Below, one piece after another: positions 31,108 through 41,381 of a DNA stretch of 57,652 bases (within the stretch, counting starts at the first letter, position 1; every line of letters starts with the position of its first letter). Source of the DNA: an uncultured Acidobacteriota bacterium (lineage in GTDB: Bacteria > Acidobacteriota > UBA6911); assembly GCA_964481255.1 (NCBI GenBank), contig CAYZTZ010000006.1, positions 1-57,652 on the forward strand, read 5' to 3'. The notes under the pieces are model-generated. The model saw only the letters and a list, made by a program, of their open reading frames with translations. It ran no database searches and was not told the DNA's origin. Position numbers and translations under genes: made by a program.

Positions 31108-32493
31108 TCAGCTCTCCATTTCCTCGCACTCCAGCATCAGGCAGTTTGCCGACTCCGGCCGGGCCTCATAGTTTCGCGCAGGCCTGAAGCCCGGAATCCA
31201 GATAACGTCGTTGCCGGCGACGACCATCGGCAGTGTCGAGCGGACGCGGACGGGGATTTTCCTGTCGATCAGCATCTTTTTCACCTTCCGATGGCCGCTT
31301 CCTCCGTAACGGTCCCCCGCGAGCCTGGACCGGATGGTCAGAACCCCGGGCAGTCCCGCGGGTTCGACGAACGCCCGCGTCGAACATACCTCCTTTATCG
31401 TCCTTAGACCCGGTGCGCTGCATTTTGTTGCTTTAAATATTCTTCCGATCTCGGGGACGATGCAGCGCCCCGGGACGGCCCATTCGTAATGGAACGGGCG
31501 GGCGACGGACGGTTCCTCTGCAAGGATAAGAAGCCTGTCGAATTGACGGACGGCGGATGCTCCGAGAGGCAGGCGGACACTGCGTCCGGTCTTTCCACCC
31601 GCGCAGAGAGAAACAATGCTTTCGATATGGGACGCACCGATGCGGCGCAGGGTCCCCAGGGCTTCCTTGAGGGCGCATCGCACGACCTGCCGCTGCAGCG
31701 CCGGGTGAATCCTCAGCAATTCCTTGATTTCAAAAGCGATGCCGTCATCGATAGGACGGCTTAGGGTTTGGAAATGCTCCTTCGCCTGGGATTGCAGAAA
31801 ATCCGATATTTCCCGGGCAAGCTCGGCTTCACGTCCCAGGGTCCAAACCAGACGCGGGTTGAGGTTTTTCTGCAGATAAGGGATAAGCTCCCGCCGGATC
31901 CTGTTTCTGGAATACTTCAGGTCTGCGTTGCTCGAATCCTCACGGTAAGGAATGCCCAGGCGCCGCAGATAGGTCAGGACCTGCTCGCGCGGACATTCCA
32001 GCAGGGGCCGCAGGATCAAGCCGTCTACAACCGGGTGAATCGCGGAAAGGCCCTCGACCCCGCTGCCGCGGATAAAGCGGAAGAGGACCGTCTCCGCCTG
32101 ATCGTCGAGGGTGTGGCCGACGGCGATCTTTCCGGCGCCGACATTGCGGGCGGTTCGGCGGAGGAATTCGTAGCGCTTCCGGCGTGCCAGATCTTCCAGG
32201 TTCTGTTTTGTCTCCGCGGCCTGCCGTTTCAGGTCGACGGCCTCCGAGACAAACGGCAGATTCAGATCGGCGCTCATTCGGCGGACGAAATCCTCGTCCT
32301 CGTCTGCCTCCCGGCCGCGGATGCGGTGGTTGAGATGGGCCACCGTCAGCGAGAGATGGAGGCGCGGCGCGAGCCGGTGCAGACAATGGAGGAGGGCCGT
32401 GGAGTCGGCCCCTCCGGATACCGCGACGAGCACATGATCGCCCGGGGCCACCATGCTGAACTTGCGCAGGGTCCTGCGGACCTGCAGTTCCAT
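31108..32493 (-). CDS. tilS: tRNA(Ile)-lysidine synthase
   Basis: AVSGGADS, HLNHRIR, GHTLDDQAET, RPLL, DSSN, RNRIR, C-terminal TilS domain. Confidence 0.96.
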   Translation of the reverse strand: MELQVRRTLRKFSMVAPGDHVLVAVSGGADSTALLHCLHRLAPRLHLSLTVAHLNHRIRGREADEDEDFVRRMSADLNLPFVSEAVDLKRQAAETKQNLEDLARRKRYEFLRRTARNVGAGKIAVGHTLDDQAETVLFRFIRGSGVEGLSAIHPVVDGLILRPLLECPREQVLTYLRRLGIPYREDSSNADLKYSRNRIRRELIPYLQKNLNPRLVWTLGREAELAREISDFLQSQAKEHFQTLSRPIDDGIAFEIKELLRIHPALQRQVVRCALKEALGTLRRIGASHIESIVSLCAGGKTGRSVRLPLGASAVRQFDRLLILAEEPSVARPFHYEWAVPGRCIVPEIGRIFKATKCSAPGLRTIKEVCSTRAFVEPAGLPGVLTIRSRLAGDRYGGSGHRKVKKMLIDRKIPVRVRSTLPMVVAGNDVIWIPGFRPARNYEARPESANCLMLECEEMES

Positions 32494-32572
32494 ATCCCCC
32501 GCCCGCTCTCGAAATCCCCTGTTCGGCATCTCCTGTCCCGCAATGGAAAGAACCGTGAAACGGCGCCCCTTC

Positions 32573-32619
32573 ACCGCGAAGCGGCTCTTTTTGGGGGAGG
32601 TCTTTGAGGGCTTTGCGGT
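32573..32619. repeat. REP-like palindrome (AACCGC family)
   Basis: ACCGCGAAG / CTTTGCGGT. Confidence 0.5.
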
Positions 32620-32807
32620 TTGCGTTGAAAACTCACGGAGTTCATCAAGCGCCTCCCATGCGGCCCGGCGCCGAGGCAGGTCCCCGTTCCATGCTCTTCC
32701 CGAAACCGCCGCCGGACGGCCGGCGGCCGGCTTGAAGGCTCCGGCGGCGCCATCTATGTTATACTTTTACCCTTGTTTTTTGCGCATATTCTTCAGGGGA
32801 GGGACTC

Positions 32808-33779
32808 ATGGCTTTCCCGGCAACGCGCCCGAGGCGGCTTCGAATGAATGAAATCGTGCGGCGGATGGTTCGCGAGACCCGTCTTTCGCCCGATCAATTC
32901 GTCTATCCCATGTTTGTCTGCCCGGGGGAGGGGGTGAAAAGGGAAATATCCTCGATGCCGGGCAATTACCAGTGGTCCATCGACATGCTTGTGGAGGAAG
33001 TACGTTCCGTCAAGTCGCTGGGGATTGCGGGAATCATGCTTTTCGGCATTCCCGAGAGCAAGGACGACCGCGGGAGCTCCGCTTATGACGACCGCGGCAT
33101 CGTGCAGGAGGCGGTGCGGGCTCTGAAGAGGGAAGTGCAGGGAATCCTGATCATAACCGACGTCTGCCTTTGTGAATACACGGCCAACGGCCACTGCGGG
33201 CTGGTGAGGGGCGACGAAATCCTCAATGACGAAAGCGTTGAGCTGATTGCCGCGACGGCCCTGTCTCAGGCGAAAGCGGGGGCCGACATCGTGGCCCCGT
33301 CGGACATGTTCGACGGGAGAGTCGGAGCCATCCGCGCGGTCCTGGATAAGAACGGCTATTCGAACGTTCCCATTCTCTCGTACGCCGTAAAATACGCTTC
33401 GGCCTACTACGGGCCGTTCCGCGAGGCTGCGGGGTCGGCTCCGGCGTTCGGGGACCGGCGCAGCCATCAGATGGATCCCTCCAACGCCCGCGAAGCCCTG
33501 AAGGAGGTGGAGCTCGACATTGAGGAAGGCGCGGATATACTGATGGTAAAGCCCGCGGGGCCGTATCTGGATGTCATCCGCATGGTCCGGGACCGCTATC
33601 CGCATCCTGTGGCCGCCTACCAGGTGAGCGGGGAATATTCGGCGCTTGTAGCCGCGGGGCGCCTGGGATGGCTGGACCTGCCGCGGGTGATGATGGAATC
33701 TCTGACGGGCATCCGCCGCGCCGGTGCCGATATCATCCTCACTTATTTTGCAAAGGAAGCGTCCAGACTGTTGTCATGA
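32808..33779 (+). CDS. hemB: Porphobilinogen synthase
   Basis: [20 protein letters not shown] zinc motif, [22 protein letters not shown]; extended -10 TGTTATACT at 32757-32765. Confidence 0.97.
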   Translation: MAFPATRPRRLRMNEIVRRMVRETRLSPDQFVYPMFVCPGEGVKREISSMPGNYQWSIDMLVEEVRSVKSLGIAGIMLFGIPESKDDRGSSAYDDRGIVQEAVRALKREVQGILIITDVCLCEYTANGHCGLVRGDEILNDESVELIAATALSQAKAGADIVAPSDMFDGRVGAIRAVLDKNGYSNVPILSYAVKYASAYYGPFREAAGSAPAFGDRRSHQMDPSNAREALKEVELDIEEGADILMVKPAGPYLDVIRMVRDRYPHPVAAYQVSGEYSALVAAGRLGWLDLPRVMMESLTGIRRAGADIILTYFAKEASRLLS

Positions 33780-33794
33780 CAAGCGCGGATTGAT

Positions 33795-35123
33795 TTGGGA
33801 AACCAGGGAGCGACTCCGGTGAATCAACGATCGAAGAAGCTGTTTCAGAGGGCGCAGCAGAGAATACCCGGGGGCGTGAACAGCCCCGTGCGGGCGTTCC
33901 GCAGCGTGGGAGGCGAACCCCGTTTCATCCGGTCCGGCAAGGGGAGCCATGTCGTCGATGTGGACGGTAATTCCTATATCGATTACCTGGGATCCTGGGG
34001 GCCCCTTATTCTGGGACACTGTCCCCCCCAGGTGCAGGCGGCTCTTCGGAGTCAGATTTCCCTGGGCACGAGTTTCGGCGCCCCGACAGAGAATGAAGTG
34101 GTTCTCGCCGAGATGATCGCGGAGGCCTTTCCTTCCATCGAAAAGGTGCGCCTGGTGAACTCGGGGACCGAAGCGACGATGAGCGCCGTCCGCCTGGCGA
34201 GAGCTTTCACGGGCCGGAACAAGATCATCAAATTCGACGGCTGCTATCATGGGCACGTCGACAGCCTCATGGTGAAGGCCGGGTCCGGCGTCGCGACTCT
34301 GGGTTTGCCGGACAGCGCCGGGGTCGCGCCGCAGGAGTGCGCCTCCACGATCTCCGTGCGGTACAACGACAGCGAGATGGTCCGGCACGCCCTCGAGGCC
34401 AACAGGGCGGAAATCGCGGCCGTCATCGTCGAGCCGGTCGCGGGAAACATGGGGACCGTTCTGCCGGCGAAAGGCTTCCTTCAACAGTTGCGCAAGCTCA
34501 CGAGGGAACACGGCGCACTGCTTATTTTTGACGAAGTGATCACCGGTTTTCGCCTATCCTACGGGGGCGTCCAGGAGATCCTGAAAGTCAAGCCCGACCT
34601 GACGTGCCTCGGAAAAATCATCGGCGGAGGGCTTCCCGTAGGGGCCTACGGCGGCCATCGCGACATAATGAAATGGGTGGCGCCGGAAGGGCCGGTGTAC
34701 CAGGCGGGAACTTTGTCCGGGAATCCGCTGGCCGTCGCGGCGGGAATCGCCGCCCTGAAGGCCTTGAGGGCTCCCGGGACCTATAAGAAGCTCGAGCGCG
34801 TGACTGCGCAGCTGGTCTCGGGACTGAGGAAGGCTGCCGAAAGCGCCGGCGTCGCCGTGCAGATCAACTCCATAGGGTCCATGTTCACCGTGTTCTTCAC
34901 GGCTTCCCCCGTGGTGGATTTTCAGACTGCGAAGGCGAGCGATACGGGGCTCTACGCGAAGTTTTTTCACGCCATGCTGGACCGGGGCGTCTACTTCCCG
35001 CCGTCGCAGTTTGAAGCCTGTTTTGTATCCCTGGCCCATAGTCCGAGGGATATACGGGCGACGCTTCAGGCCGCCAGGGAAGTCTTCAGGGAAATCGCGA
35101 CCCGGGCGGCGGCCGGCCGCTAG
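33795..35123 (+). CDS. hemL: Glutamate-1-semialdehyde 2,1-aminomutase
   Basis: PGGVNSPVRAF, SGTEA, YHGH, FDEVITGFR, GKIIGGGLP; start may be GTG 33819. Confidence 0.97.
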   Translation: MGNQGATPVNQRSKKLFQRAQQRIPGGVNSPVRAFRSVGGEPRFIRSGKGSHVVDVDGNSYIDYLGSWGPLILGHCPPQVQAALRSQISLGTSFGAPTENEVVLAEMIAEAFPSIEKVRLVNSGTEATMSAVRLARAFTGRNKIIKFDGCYHGHVDSLMVKAGSGVATLGLPDSAGVAPQECASTISVRYNDSEMVRHALEANRAEIAAVIVEPVAGNMGTVLPAKGFLQQLRKLTREHGALLIFDEVITGFRLSYGGVQEILKVKPDLTCLGKIIGGGLPVGAYGGHRDIMKWVAPEGPVYQAGTLSGNPLAVAAGIAALKALRAPGTYKKLERVTAQLVSGLRKAAESAGVAVQINSIGSMFTVFFTASPVVDFQTAKASDTGLYAKFFHAMLDRGVYFPPSQFEACFVSLAHSPRDIRATLQAAREVFREIATRAAAGR

Positions 35124-36406
35124 GGCGAATCCGCAGCCGCCGCCGGCGATGTGCGGACGCGGATGGAGACGATCCTGAACCCTTCGGTCTTTTCGACCGT
35201 CAGGGTAAGGCTCTTGTAACAGACGCTTTCGCCCTCGAGGAGGAGGCGCCCCGTCAGGGACTGCAGAAATCCCGCGACGGTCGCGTATTCCGGGGCCTCG
35301 GGGATTTGTTCCTCGAAGAAGCGGTTGAAATCCTTCACAGGCAGGTTTCCGGCGATGGTGTAGAGATTCCGGCCGAGCTCGCGGATGGATTCGATCTCCG
35401 TGTCGTGCTCGTCGCGGATCTCTCCCACGATCTCCTCCAGAAGGTCCTCCAGCGTCACGACCCCTTCGACGCCGCCGAATTCATCCACCACGATCGCCAT
35501 GTGCAGGTGCATCGATTGAAGCTGGCGCAGCACGACGTCGACGCGGGCGCTGTCCGGGACGAAGTGCACGGGCCGCAGGAGCGCCTGCAGGTTGATATCC
35601 TCGGCCCTCCGGACATACTGCAGCAGATCCTTGACATAAAGCAGCCCGACCGGATTGTCGAAATCCCGGCGATAGACGGGTATGCGCGAATAGTTCGTCT
35701 TATTGACCACCTCGAAAATCTTCTCGATGTCGTCGCTGATCTCGATCGCCGTGACTTCCCCCCGCGGGATCATGACGCTGCGCACCTGTGTCGCGCCGAT
35801 CTTGAAGACGTTCCGGAGCATTTCCCTTTTCTCGTCGGGCATCGCTTCCGGGCCGGTGCCGGCGATCATCGCCTTGATTTCGTCCTCGCTCAGGCCGTGC
35901 GCGAAGGGGCTCCCGGCGGATTGCAGGCCGACGGCCCGGACCATCAGGTTGGCGACGGCGGCCGCGAGCTTTGAAAAGGGGGACAGGATCAGGATGGACA
36001 GCCTTACGGGAATCAGGAGCTTTCGCGTGACCCTTTCCGGATCGGCGGCCGCGATGATCTTGGGCGTCAGCTCGCAAAAAAGGAGAACAATCAGGGCGAA
36101 AAGGATGGACCCGAAAATGCCGGCGGCCTCGGAATGCTTTGCGGCGAAGAGCGACGCGACCAGGTAGGAAAAGAGGCCGGCGGCGGCGATTTCGGCCACC
36201 GTCACCCCGAAGAGCAGAACCCCGAGAAGGCGGTCCTGATTGGCGAGGATTCCCTTGATGGCTTCGGCCTGTTTGTCGCCGGCCTCCGCCTGGTATCTGA
36301 GACGCAGGCGGTTGATGGCCATGAAGGCGGTCTCGGCGGCCGAGAAGAAGACCGCGAACGCCATAAACAGGGCGAGGAGCGCGATGTATAGAATCAGCGG
36401 AGACAA
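35120..36406 (-). CDS. CNNM/HlyC-CorC family membrane protein (DUF21-CBS-CorC)
   Basis: FFSAAETA, CELTPK, VMIPR, YSRIPVY, VDEFGGVEGVVTLEDLLEEIVGEI. Confidence 0.92.
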   Translation of the reverse strand: MSPLILYIALLALFMAFAVFFSAAETAFMAINRLRLRYQAEAGDKQAEAIKGILANQDRLLGVLLFGVTVAEIAAAGLFSYLVASLFAAKHSEAAGIFGSILFALIVLLFCELTPKIIAAADPERVTRKLLIPVRLSILILSPFSKLAAAVANLMVRAVGLQSAGSPFAHGLSEDEIKAMIAGTGPEAMPDEKREMLRNVFKIGATQVRSVMIPRGEVTAIEISDDIEKIFEVVNKTNYSRIPVYRRDFDNPVGLLYVKDLLQYVRRAEDINLQALLRPVHFVPDSARVDVVLRQLQSMHLHMAIVVDEFGGVEGVVTLEDLLEEIVGEIRDEHDTEIESIRELGRNLYTIAGNLPVKDFNRFFEEQIPEAPEYATVAGFLQSLTGRLLLEGESVCYKSLTLTVEKTEGFRIVSIRVRTSPAAAADSP

Positions 36407-36408
36407 AG

Positions 36409-36921
36409 TCAGGCTGAGGCTTTCGTCGAGCGCAGATAAGCCTCGGAAAGAATACGGTCTATTTGGTCTTCGACAGATTTTTCATTCATTCCGCGCACGG
36501 TTGCCACTTCGCTGGTAATGAGCTGTTTGGCCCGGTCCAGCATTCTCTTTTCGCGAAATGAGAGGCTCTTTTTGTAGCTCAGGTATACGAGGCTTTTCAG
36601 CACCTCGGCCACCTGATAGATCGAGCCGGTGCGCATCTTTTCGGAATGTTCCTTATAGCGGTCCTTCCAGTCGGTCTCGGGCTCGTAAAAATCCTTTCGA
36701 AGGAGCTCAAAGAGCCCGTCGACGTCGGCTTTTTTGATGATGCGGCGCAGACCCACGCTTTTGACGTTGGACGTGGGGATCATGACAAGGGACGAGTTCG
36801 AATGAATCCGGAGCATGTAAAACTCTTCAGGAACGCCATTGACGGATCTGCGGCTGACCTCCTCGATAATGCCCACTCCGTGGTTCGGGTAAACGACTTT
36901 TTCTCCTACTCGAAACTCCAT
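36409..36921 (-). CDS. carD: CarD family transcriptional regulator
   Basis: FRVGEKVVYPNHGVG, conserved Trp in DWKDRY, LSFREKRMLDRA. Confidence 0.93.
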   Translation of the reverse strand: MEFRVGEKVVYPNHGVGIIEEVSRRSVNGVPEEFYMLRIHSNSSLVMIPTSNVKSVGLRRIIKKADVDGLFELLRKDFYEPETDWKDRYKEHSEKMRTGSIYQVAEVLKSLVYLSYKKSLSFREKRMLDRAKQLITSEVATVRGMNEKSVEDQIDRILSEAYLRSTKASA

Positions 36922-36941
36922 AACGCCTCCGGCAAGCCTTC

Positions 36942-36970
36942 ATAATATCAAAAAATGTCGCCTGGATCAA
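36942..36970 (-). promoter_or_regulatory. Sigma70 promoter of the carD-CNNM operon
   Basis: TTGATC-N17-TATTAT on the minus strand. Confidence 0.6.
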
Positions 36971-37074
36971 AGGTTTGCTGGGGCGTGGGCGCGCTCGGGG
37001 CGCTTCGGGGGCCGCGCGGATCCCCGCGGCGTGCGTCCTCCGTCACGCGTCCCCCGAGCCTTCGATGACGGCGA

Positions 37075-37104
37075 TTGACTCGAAAGGACGGCCTACGCTA
37101 CTAT
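37075..37104 (+). promoter_or_regulatory. Sigma70 promoter of tRNA-Leu
   Basis: TTGACT-N18-TACTAT, 30 nt before the tRNA. Confidence 0.55.
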
Positions 37105-37133
37105 TTGCGTCCACCGGGCCTTCGATCCGCAGA

Positions 37134-37221
37134 GCCGAAGTGGCGGAACTGGCAGACGCACGGGACTCAAAATCCCGCGGTACTTAGTACCATGGGGGTT
37201 CGACCCCCCCCTTCGGCACCA
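37134..37221 (+). tRNA. tRNA-Leu (CAA)
   Basis: Acceptor GCCGAAG/CTTCGGC-A-CCA, D-loop GGCAGAC, anticodon arm CGGGA-CTCAAAA-TCCCG, long variable arm, GGGGG-TTCGACC-CCCCC. Confidence 0.97.
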
Positions 37222-37373
37222 GCCTTGTCAAACGCAATTCCCGATCGCAGCAGGGATCTTTCGTCCAGGAGGTTCCTGCAGAATGCTCCGGCTATAAGCA
37301 TCGGGGTCCCGGCGGGCGCGGAAATGGGGAGACGCATAGCGGAGAACCCCGGGCGGGGCGGCGGCAGGAGCGC

Positions 37374-39503
37374 TTATTGCGAAAGTCTTTCCAGGCGGCA
37401 GATGCCGCACTTCAGAAGCTCCGCGCCCGAATTTTCGTCGAAACAATCATGGCCGTAAAGAAGGTTCGCGCAGCTTCGGCGCCACCCGTGATCGGGACCG
37501 GGTTCCTCGGGAAACCACCAGGCGTGTTCGGCGTGGACCACCGAGGGATCCAGGCCATCGTCCAGGTGAACGGTGAATTGGGCGCGGCCGTGGGGAGTAA
37601 CCACAAATGCCTTTTGCCCGGCCTCGAGCGAAAAACGCGCAGCCGTGTCGGGGTGCACATCGACGAGGGGTTCGGGATGCATGCGCCGCAACGAAGGGAT
37701 CTGCCGTCCCGCGGAGTGAAAGAAGGGAAGTATTTTGCATCCCGACATGAATGTCAGGGGATATTCCCCGGCCAGGTCCGGCCTGGATTTTTCCGATAGA
37801 GGCGATTCCACATAAACCGGAAGGGCGGGCTTGCCCGCCTTGGCCATGATCGAACTGACCAGCTCCACCCGTCCGCTCGGTGTTGGGAAGCCCTCCCGTT
37901 CATACTTGCGGTAGCGCATCTCCCCTAAAACGATATCCCACTTCGCGAACTCCTCGAAGGAAATCCCTGACGGTTCCAGTATCCAGTTGAGATAGGCATG
38001 CCAGTCCTTCCAGGGAAAGGCTTCATTCAGCCCAAGGCGATGAGCCAGGTCCAGGATGACGTCGCGATCGTCGCGCGCCTCGCCCGTTTGAAGCAGCTTG
38101 CGCCGAGTCAGCACGCACCATATTTTGTGGAAATAAACAATGTCGTCCTGCTCCAGCCAGTGGGCTGCCGGGAGAACGAGATCCGCCAGCTCGGCTGCCG
38201 GCGTCAGGAAAAAATCCGACACGACAGAAAATTCAATGTGATTGCGGAGAGCTTCTTCAATAATGTCGCCGCGGGTGGCCGTAAGCATGGGGTTGGTGCC
38301 GACGAGCCAGACGGCCCGCGGCCGGTAGGGCTTTCCCGTAACACAGGCCTGCCAGAAAGTGGGCTGGTGACAGCCCGGCGCGAACGGGAAACGCCCGGCT
38401 CCTATCATTCGGGATTTCTGTTCGCTGGAGAGAAACTGCTCTCCCCGCAAGGCCGGGTCGATCATCGGGGATTTGGGACGAATTCCGGCAGGCGGCACCC
38501 ATCGCACCATGCCGCCGGGCACGTCCAGGTTGCCCGTGACGGCCATGAGAAGCAGCAGCGCCCGCGCGGTTTGGAAAGCGCTCGCGCTCATGTCGATGCC
38601 GTTGCCCCAAAGCACGCAAGCGGGCCAGGTGACGGCAAAAGCGCGGGCGGCGGCGCTTATCTGTTCCGCGGGAACACGCGTGATCGGCTCGGCCCATTCC
38701 GGGGTCGATTCGGCGACATGAGCCCGCAATTCCTCAAATCCGGCGCAATGCCGGCCCACAAAATCCCGGTCGTAGAGTCCTTCGCCCAGGATCACGTTGA
38801 GCATGGCCAGAAGCAAAGCGCAATCCGTGCCCGGGCGCACCTGCAGGTGGCGGGTGGCCGTGCGGGCCGTGGGAATGCGCCGCGGATCGACGACGATGAC
38901 TTCCCGGGCCGCGTTCATCGCGCGCCGGATCATGCCGCCGCAGATGCCGTCGGCGGCGCCGAAAGCGGGCGAGTTTTGCCCGATTTGAAGGACGCAGGCC
39001 GGCATCTTTCCGCTGTGACCGTAAATGTCGGGAAGAGGAAACCAACCGACGGTTATCGCTGAAGCAATCGTGCGCGGGAGGAAGCAATTGTGCCCCGGAG
39101 AGACATAATTCGGAGATCCGAGCGCATGGATAAAGCGGCCGGTGAATTCCGTGTAAGGGCGGCCTGTTCCTTGGCACAGCGCAATGTACTCGGGACCGGA
39201 TTCGTTCCGAACGCGGTCCAATACCCGCGCCATTTCGGAAAGCGCCTCGTCCCAGCTGATCGCGGTCCATTGGCCCGATCCGCGGGGCCCGCTGCGGCGA
39301 AGGGGGCGCAGAACACGGTCCGGATGATGGACGAGTTCGAGGGCCGTGCGTCCCTTGCAACAGATATACCCGCGGCTGGCAGGGCTGTCGGGGTCTCCGC
39401 TGATTCGCGTTATGCGGCCCTGCTCATCCAGATGAACCAGAACCTGGCAGACGCCGTGGCATGCGCGACAGGATGTTCGAACCGCGCGTTTGCTGTCAGT
39501 CAT
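37374..39503 (-). CDS. Mo/W-bisPGD oxidoreductase, acetylene-hydratase-like family
   Basis: CRACHGVC...C cluster, SPNYVSPGHNC metal-ligand Cys, DPRR, ADLVLPAAHWLE, TPSGRVEL, WWFPE. Confidence 0.85.
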   Translation of the reverse strand: MTDSKRAVRTSCRACHGVCQVLVHLDEQGRITRISGDPDSPASRGYICCKGRTALELVHHPDRVLRPLRRSGPRGSGQWTAISWDEALSEMARVLDRVRNESGPEYIALCQGTGRPYTEFTGRFIHALGSPNYVSPGHNCFLPRTIASAITVGWFPLPDIYGHSGKMPACVLQIGQNSPAFGAADGICGGMIRRAMNAAREVIVVDPRRIPTARTATRHLQVRPGTDCALLLAMLNVILGEGLYDRDFVGRHCAGFEELRAHVAESTPEWAEPITRVPAEQISAAARAFAVTWPACVLWGNGIDMSASAFQTARALLLLMAVTGNLDVPGGMVRWVPPAGIRPKSPMIDPALRGEQFLSSEQKSRMIGAGRFPFAPGCHQPTFWQACVTGKPYRPRAVWLVGTNPMLTATRGDIIEEALRNHIEFSVVSDFFLTPAAELADLVLPAAHWLEQDDIVYFHKIWCVLTRRKLLQTGEARDDRDVILDLAHRLGLNEAFPWKDWHAYLNWILEPSGISFEEFAKWDIVLGEMRYRKYEREGFPTPSGRVELVSSIMAKAGKPALPVYVESPLSEKSRPDLAGEYPLTFMSGCKILPFFHSAGRQIPSLRRMHPEPLVDVHPDTAARFSLEAGQKAFVVTPHGRAQFTVHLDDGLDPSVVHAEHAWWFPEEPGPDHGWRRSCANLLYGHDCFDENSGAELLKCGICRLERLSQ

Positions 39504-39878
39504 GGTTTCTCCCTTCTGAAACGCTCGCTGCGTTACTGCCCGGCCTTCCCGATCGGCTCAATGCGGCCCGCAAACGCCTCCGGCTCCTGCCATGCCTCCT
39601 CCATACCCGGCCGCCGCGAGCGATGGCGTATGGAGCTATATTTGCCGTCATGCCGTCCATAACCTGCGTCTTGAATAATTTTCCGGCAGCGCCGGGATTC
39701 AATTCCCGCTCCCTGCCCGGAATCGGTTTCATCCTGAGCGTCCCGTATCTCTGCGGCCAGGATGTTCACCGACGCGATAGCGTCCCTGCGTCTTCCCGAT
39801 CGTGAAAATTGTAATGCTTCCGCAAAATCCGGCGGGATTCCATGCAGGAGCCGCCGGGCACAGCATCCGGGGATTGCC

Positions 39879-40736
39879 TTAACCCGGGCGCGGGGGCCTC
39901 TGGCAAATCGGACAAAAATGCGTGCCGCGCTGCCGCACGACGATGCGTTGAATGGCTGCGCCGCAGCGGCGACAAGGTTCTCCTTTCCGCCCATACACCC
40001 GGAAGTGATCCTGATAACCGCCGTTGGGATAAACCCAATCAATGGCCGCTCCCTCGTGGCGGATGCCGTCCTTCAGGGCGGCCCGCAGTCCGCGCCACAG
40101 CGCCGCCGCCTCCTCCCGCTTCAGCGAATCGGCGCGGCGAAGGGGATGAAGCCGGGCGCGCCACAAAGCCTCGTCGGCGTAAATGTTCCCGATCCCGGCA
40201 ATGAAAGTCTGATCCAGCAACAACGGTTTGAGTGCTCCGGACCTTTGCTCCATCATCCGCCGAAAACTCCTGAGCGTCGATGTCCCGTCCAGCGGCTCCA
40301 TGCCCAGCCTTCCAGTGATTTCCTCCGCTCTATCCACCAGACACACGCGCCCGAATTTGCGCGCGTCGCTGAAGCGCAGTTCATACCCGTTGTCCAGCGT
40401 AAAGACGAAGTGCACGTGCCGCGCGCGGGGCGTTCCCTCGGGCAGCACGTCCAGGCGGCCGCTCATTTTAAGGTGAATCAGCAGATAACGGCGGCGCCCG
40501 GATCGTTTCAGCTCAAACACAATGTATTTGCCGCGCCGCGATATGGACTGAATCCTGCAACCCGGCAGGCACCGCGCAATGAATTCCCCGCAAGGATACG
40601 CCGCACCAGGCCAGTCCAGCCACACGCCGGTAATCGCATGACCTGCAGGAGGGGGGAATTCGGGCAAACCGCGCTCGACCGGCTCGCCGCGTCGCAGCCT
40701 TTGGACAATGGTTTCGACTTCAGGCAGTTCGGGCAT
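39879..40736 (-). CDS. mutM: Formamidopyrimidine-DNA glycosylase
   Basis: MPELPEVET, RRGKY, HLKMSG, DARKFG, GIGNIYADE, CRRC...CPIC zinc finger. Confidence 0.96.
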   Translation of the reverse strand: MPELPEVETIVQRLRRGEPVERGLPEFPPPAGHAITGVWLDWPGAAYPCGEFIARCLPGCRIQSISRRGKYIVFELKRSGRRRYLLIHLKMSGRLDVLPEGTPRARHVHFVFTLDNGYELRFSDARKFGRVCLVDRAEEITGRLGMEPLDGTSTLRSFRRMMEQRSGALKPLLLDQTFIAGIGNIYADEALWRARLHPLRRADSLKREEAAALWRGLRAALKDGIRHEGAAIDWVYPNGGYQDHFRVYGRKGEPCRRCGAAIQRIVVRQRGTHFCPICQRPPRPG

Positions 40737-41381
40737 GTTCCATCCGCTTTTCCACGTACTCCCTGGCGCGCCGGAGTCGAACTTCGAAACAATCACGCAG
40801 GAACCGGGTGTCCAGCGCAGCGTACATAGGCCGCCCGGCCGATGCGCCCGGGCCCCGGATATCGGTCCGCGCAGCGGAGATGACAGGCGACGCCGTCTCT
40901 GCGGAAAAGCGCGGCCCTCTTCCGTTCGGAATCCTCCATATGCGAGCCGCCTCCCATGTGGGGGAGACAGCATCGGGCGCAGGAGACGTTCTTGTATCGG
41001 CAGAGGCTCCAGTCTTCGGCTTCTTCCGGCCGCATCATTCCTTATTTTGAGGGATTATTCGCCGCTTGTTCCAGTGAAAAGATCGGGGCCCGAAGCATTG
41101 TATCCACAAGGGCCGGCGATTGGGGAGCTTCATGGTCTATGGCGCACCACGGACAGACGGCCTCTTGCTGTTTTGCAAAATAAGGGCATTCAGCCGACAC
41201 TCGTGCGAGCGCGGCTTTCAGGAGCCGTGCCTTCCCATGCTTCCCGGAGGGGTCAGGGGAACTGTCCGCACTCCGGAGGCCTCGCCCCCTGTCCGCCTAT
41301 TCGGCGTTTTTATCTGTTCCCAAAATTCCAGGAAATGTTCTAGAGTGTTGGCGGCCGGTGCCTGGAGAGGAGGGTGTTTCA

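Noticed and set aside
39504-39878. Moco/Tuco riboswitch or small ORF upstream of the Mo/W enzyme
   Set aside because: No recognisable consensus, and the overlapping short ORFs lack RBS and motifs.
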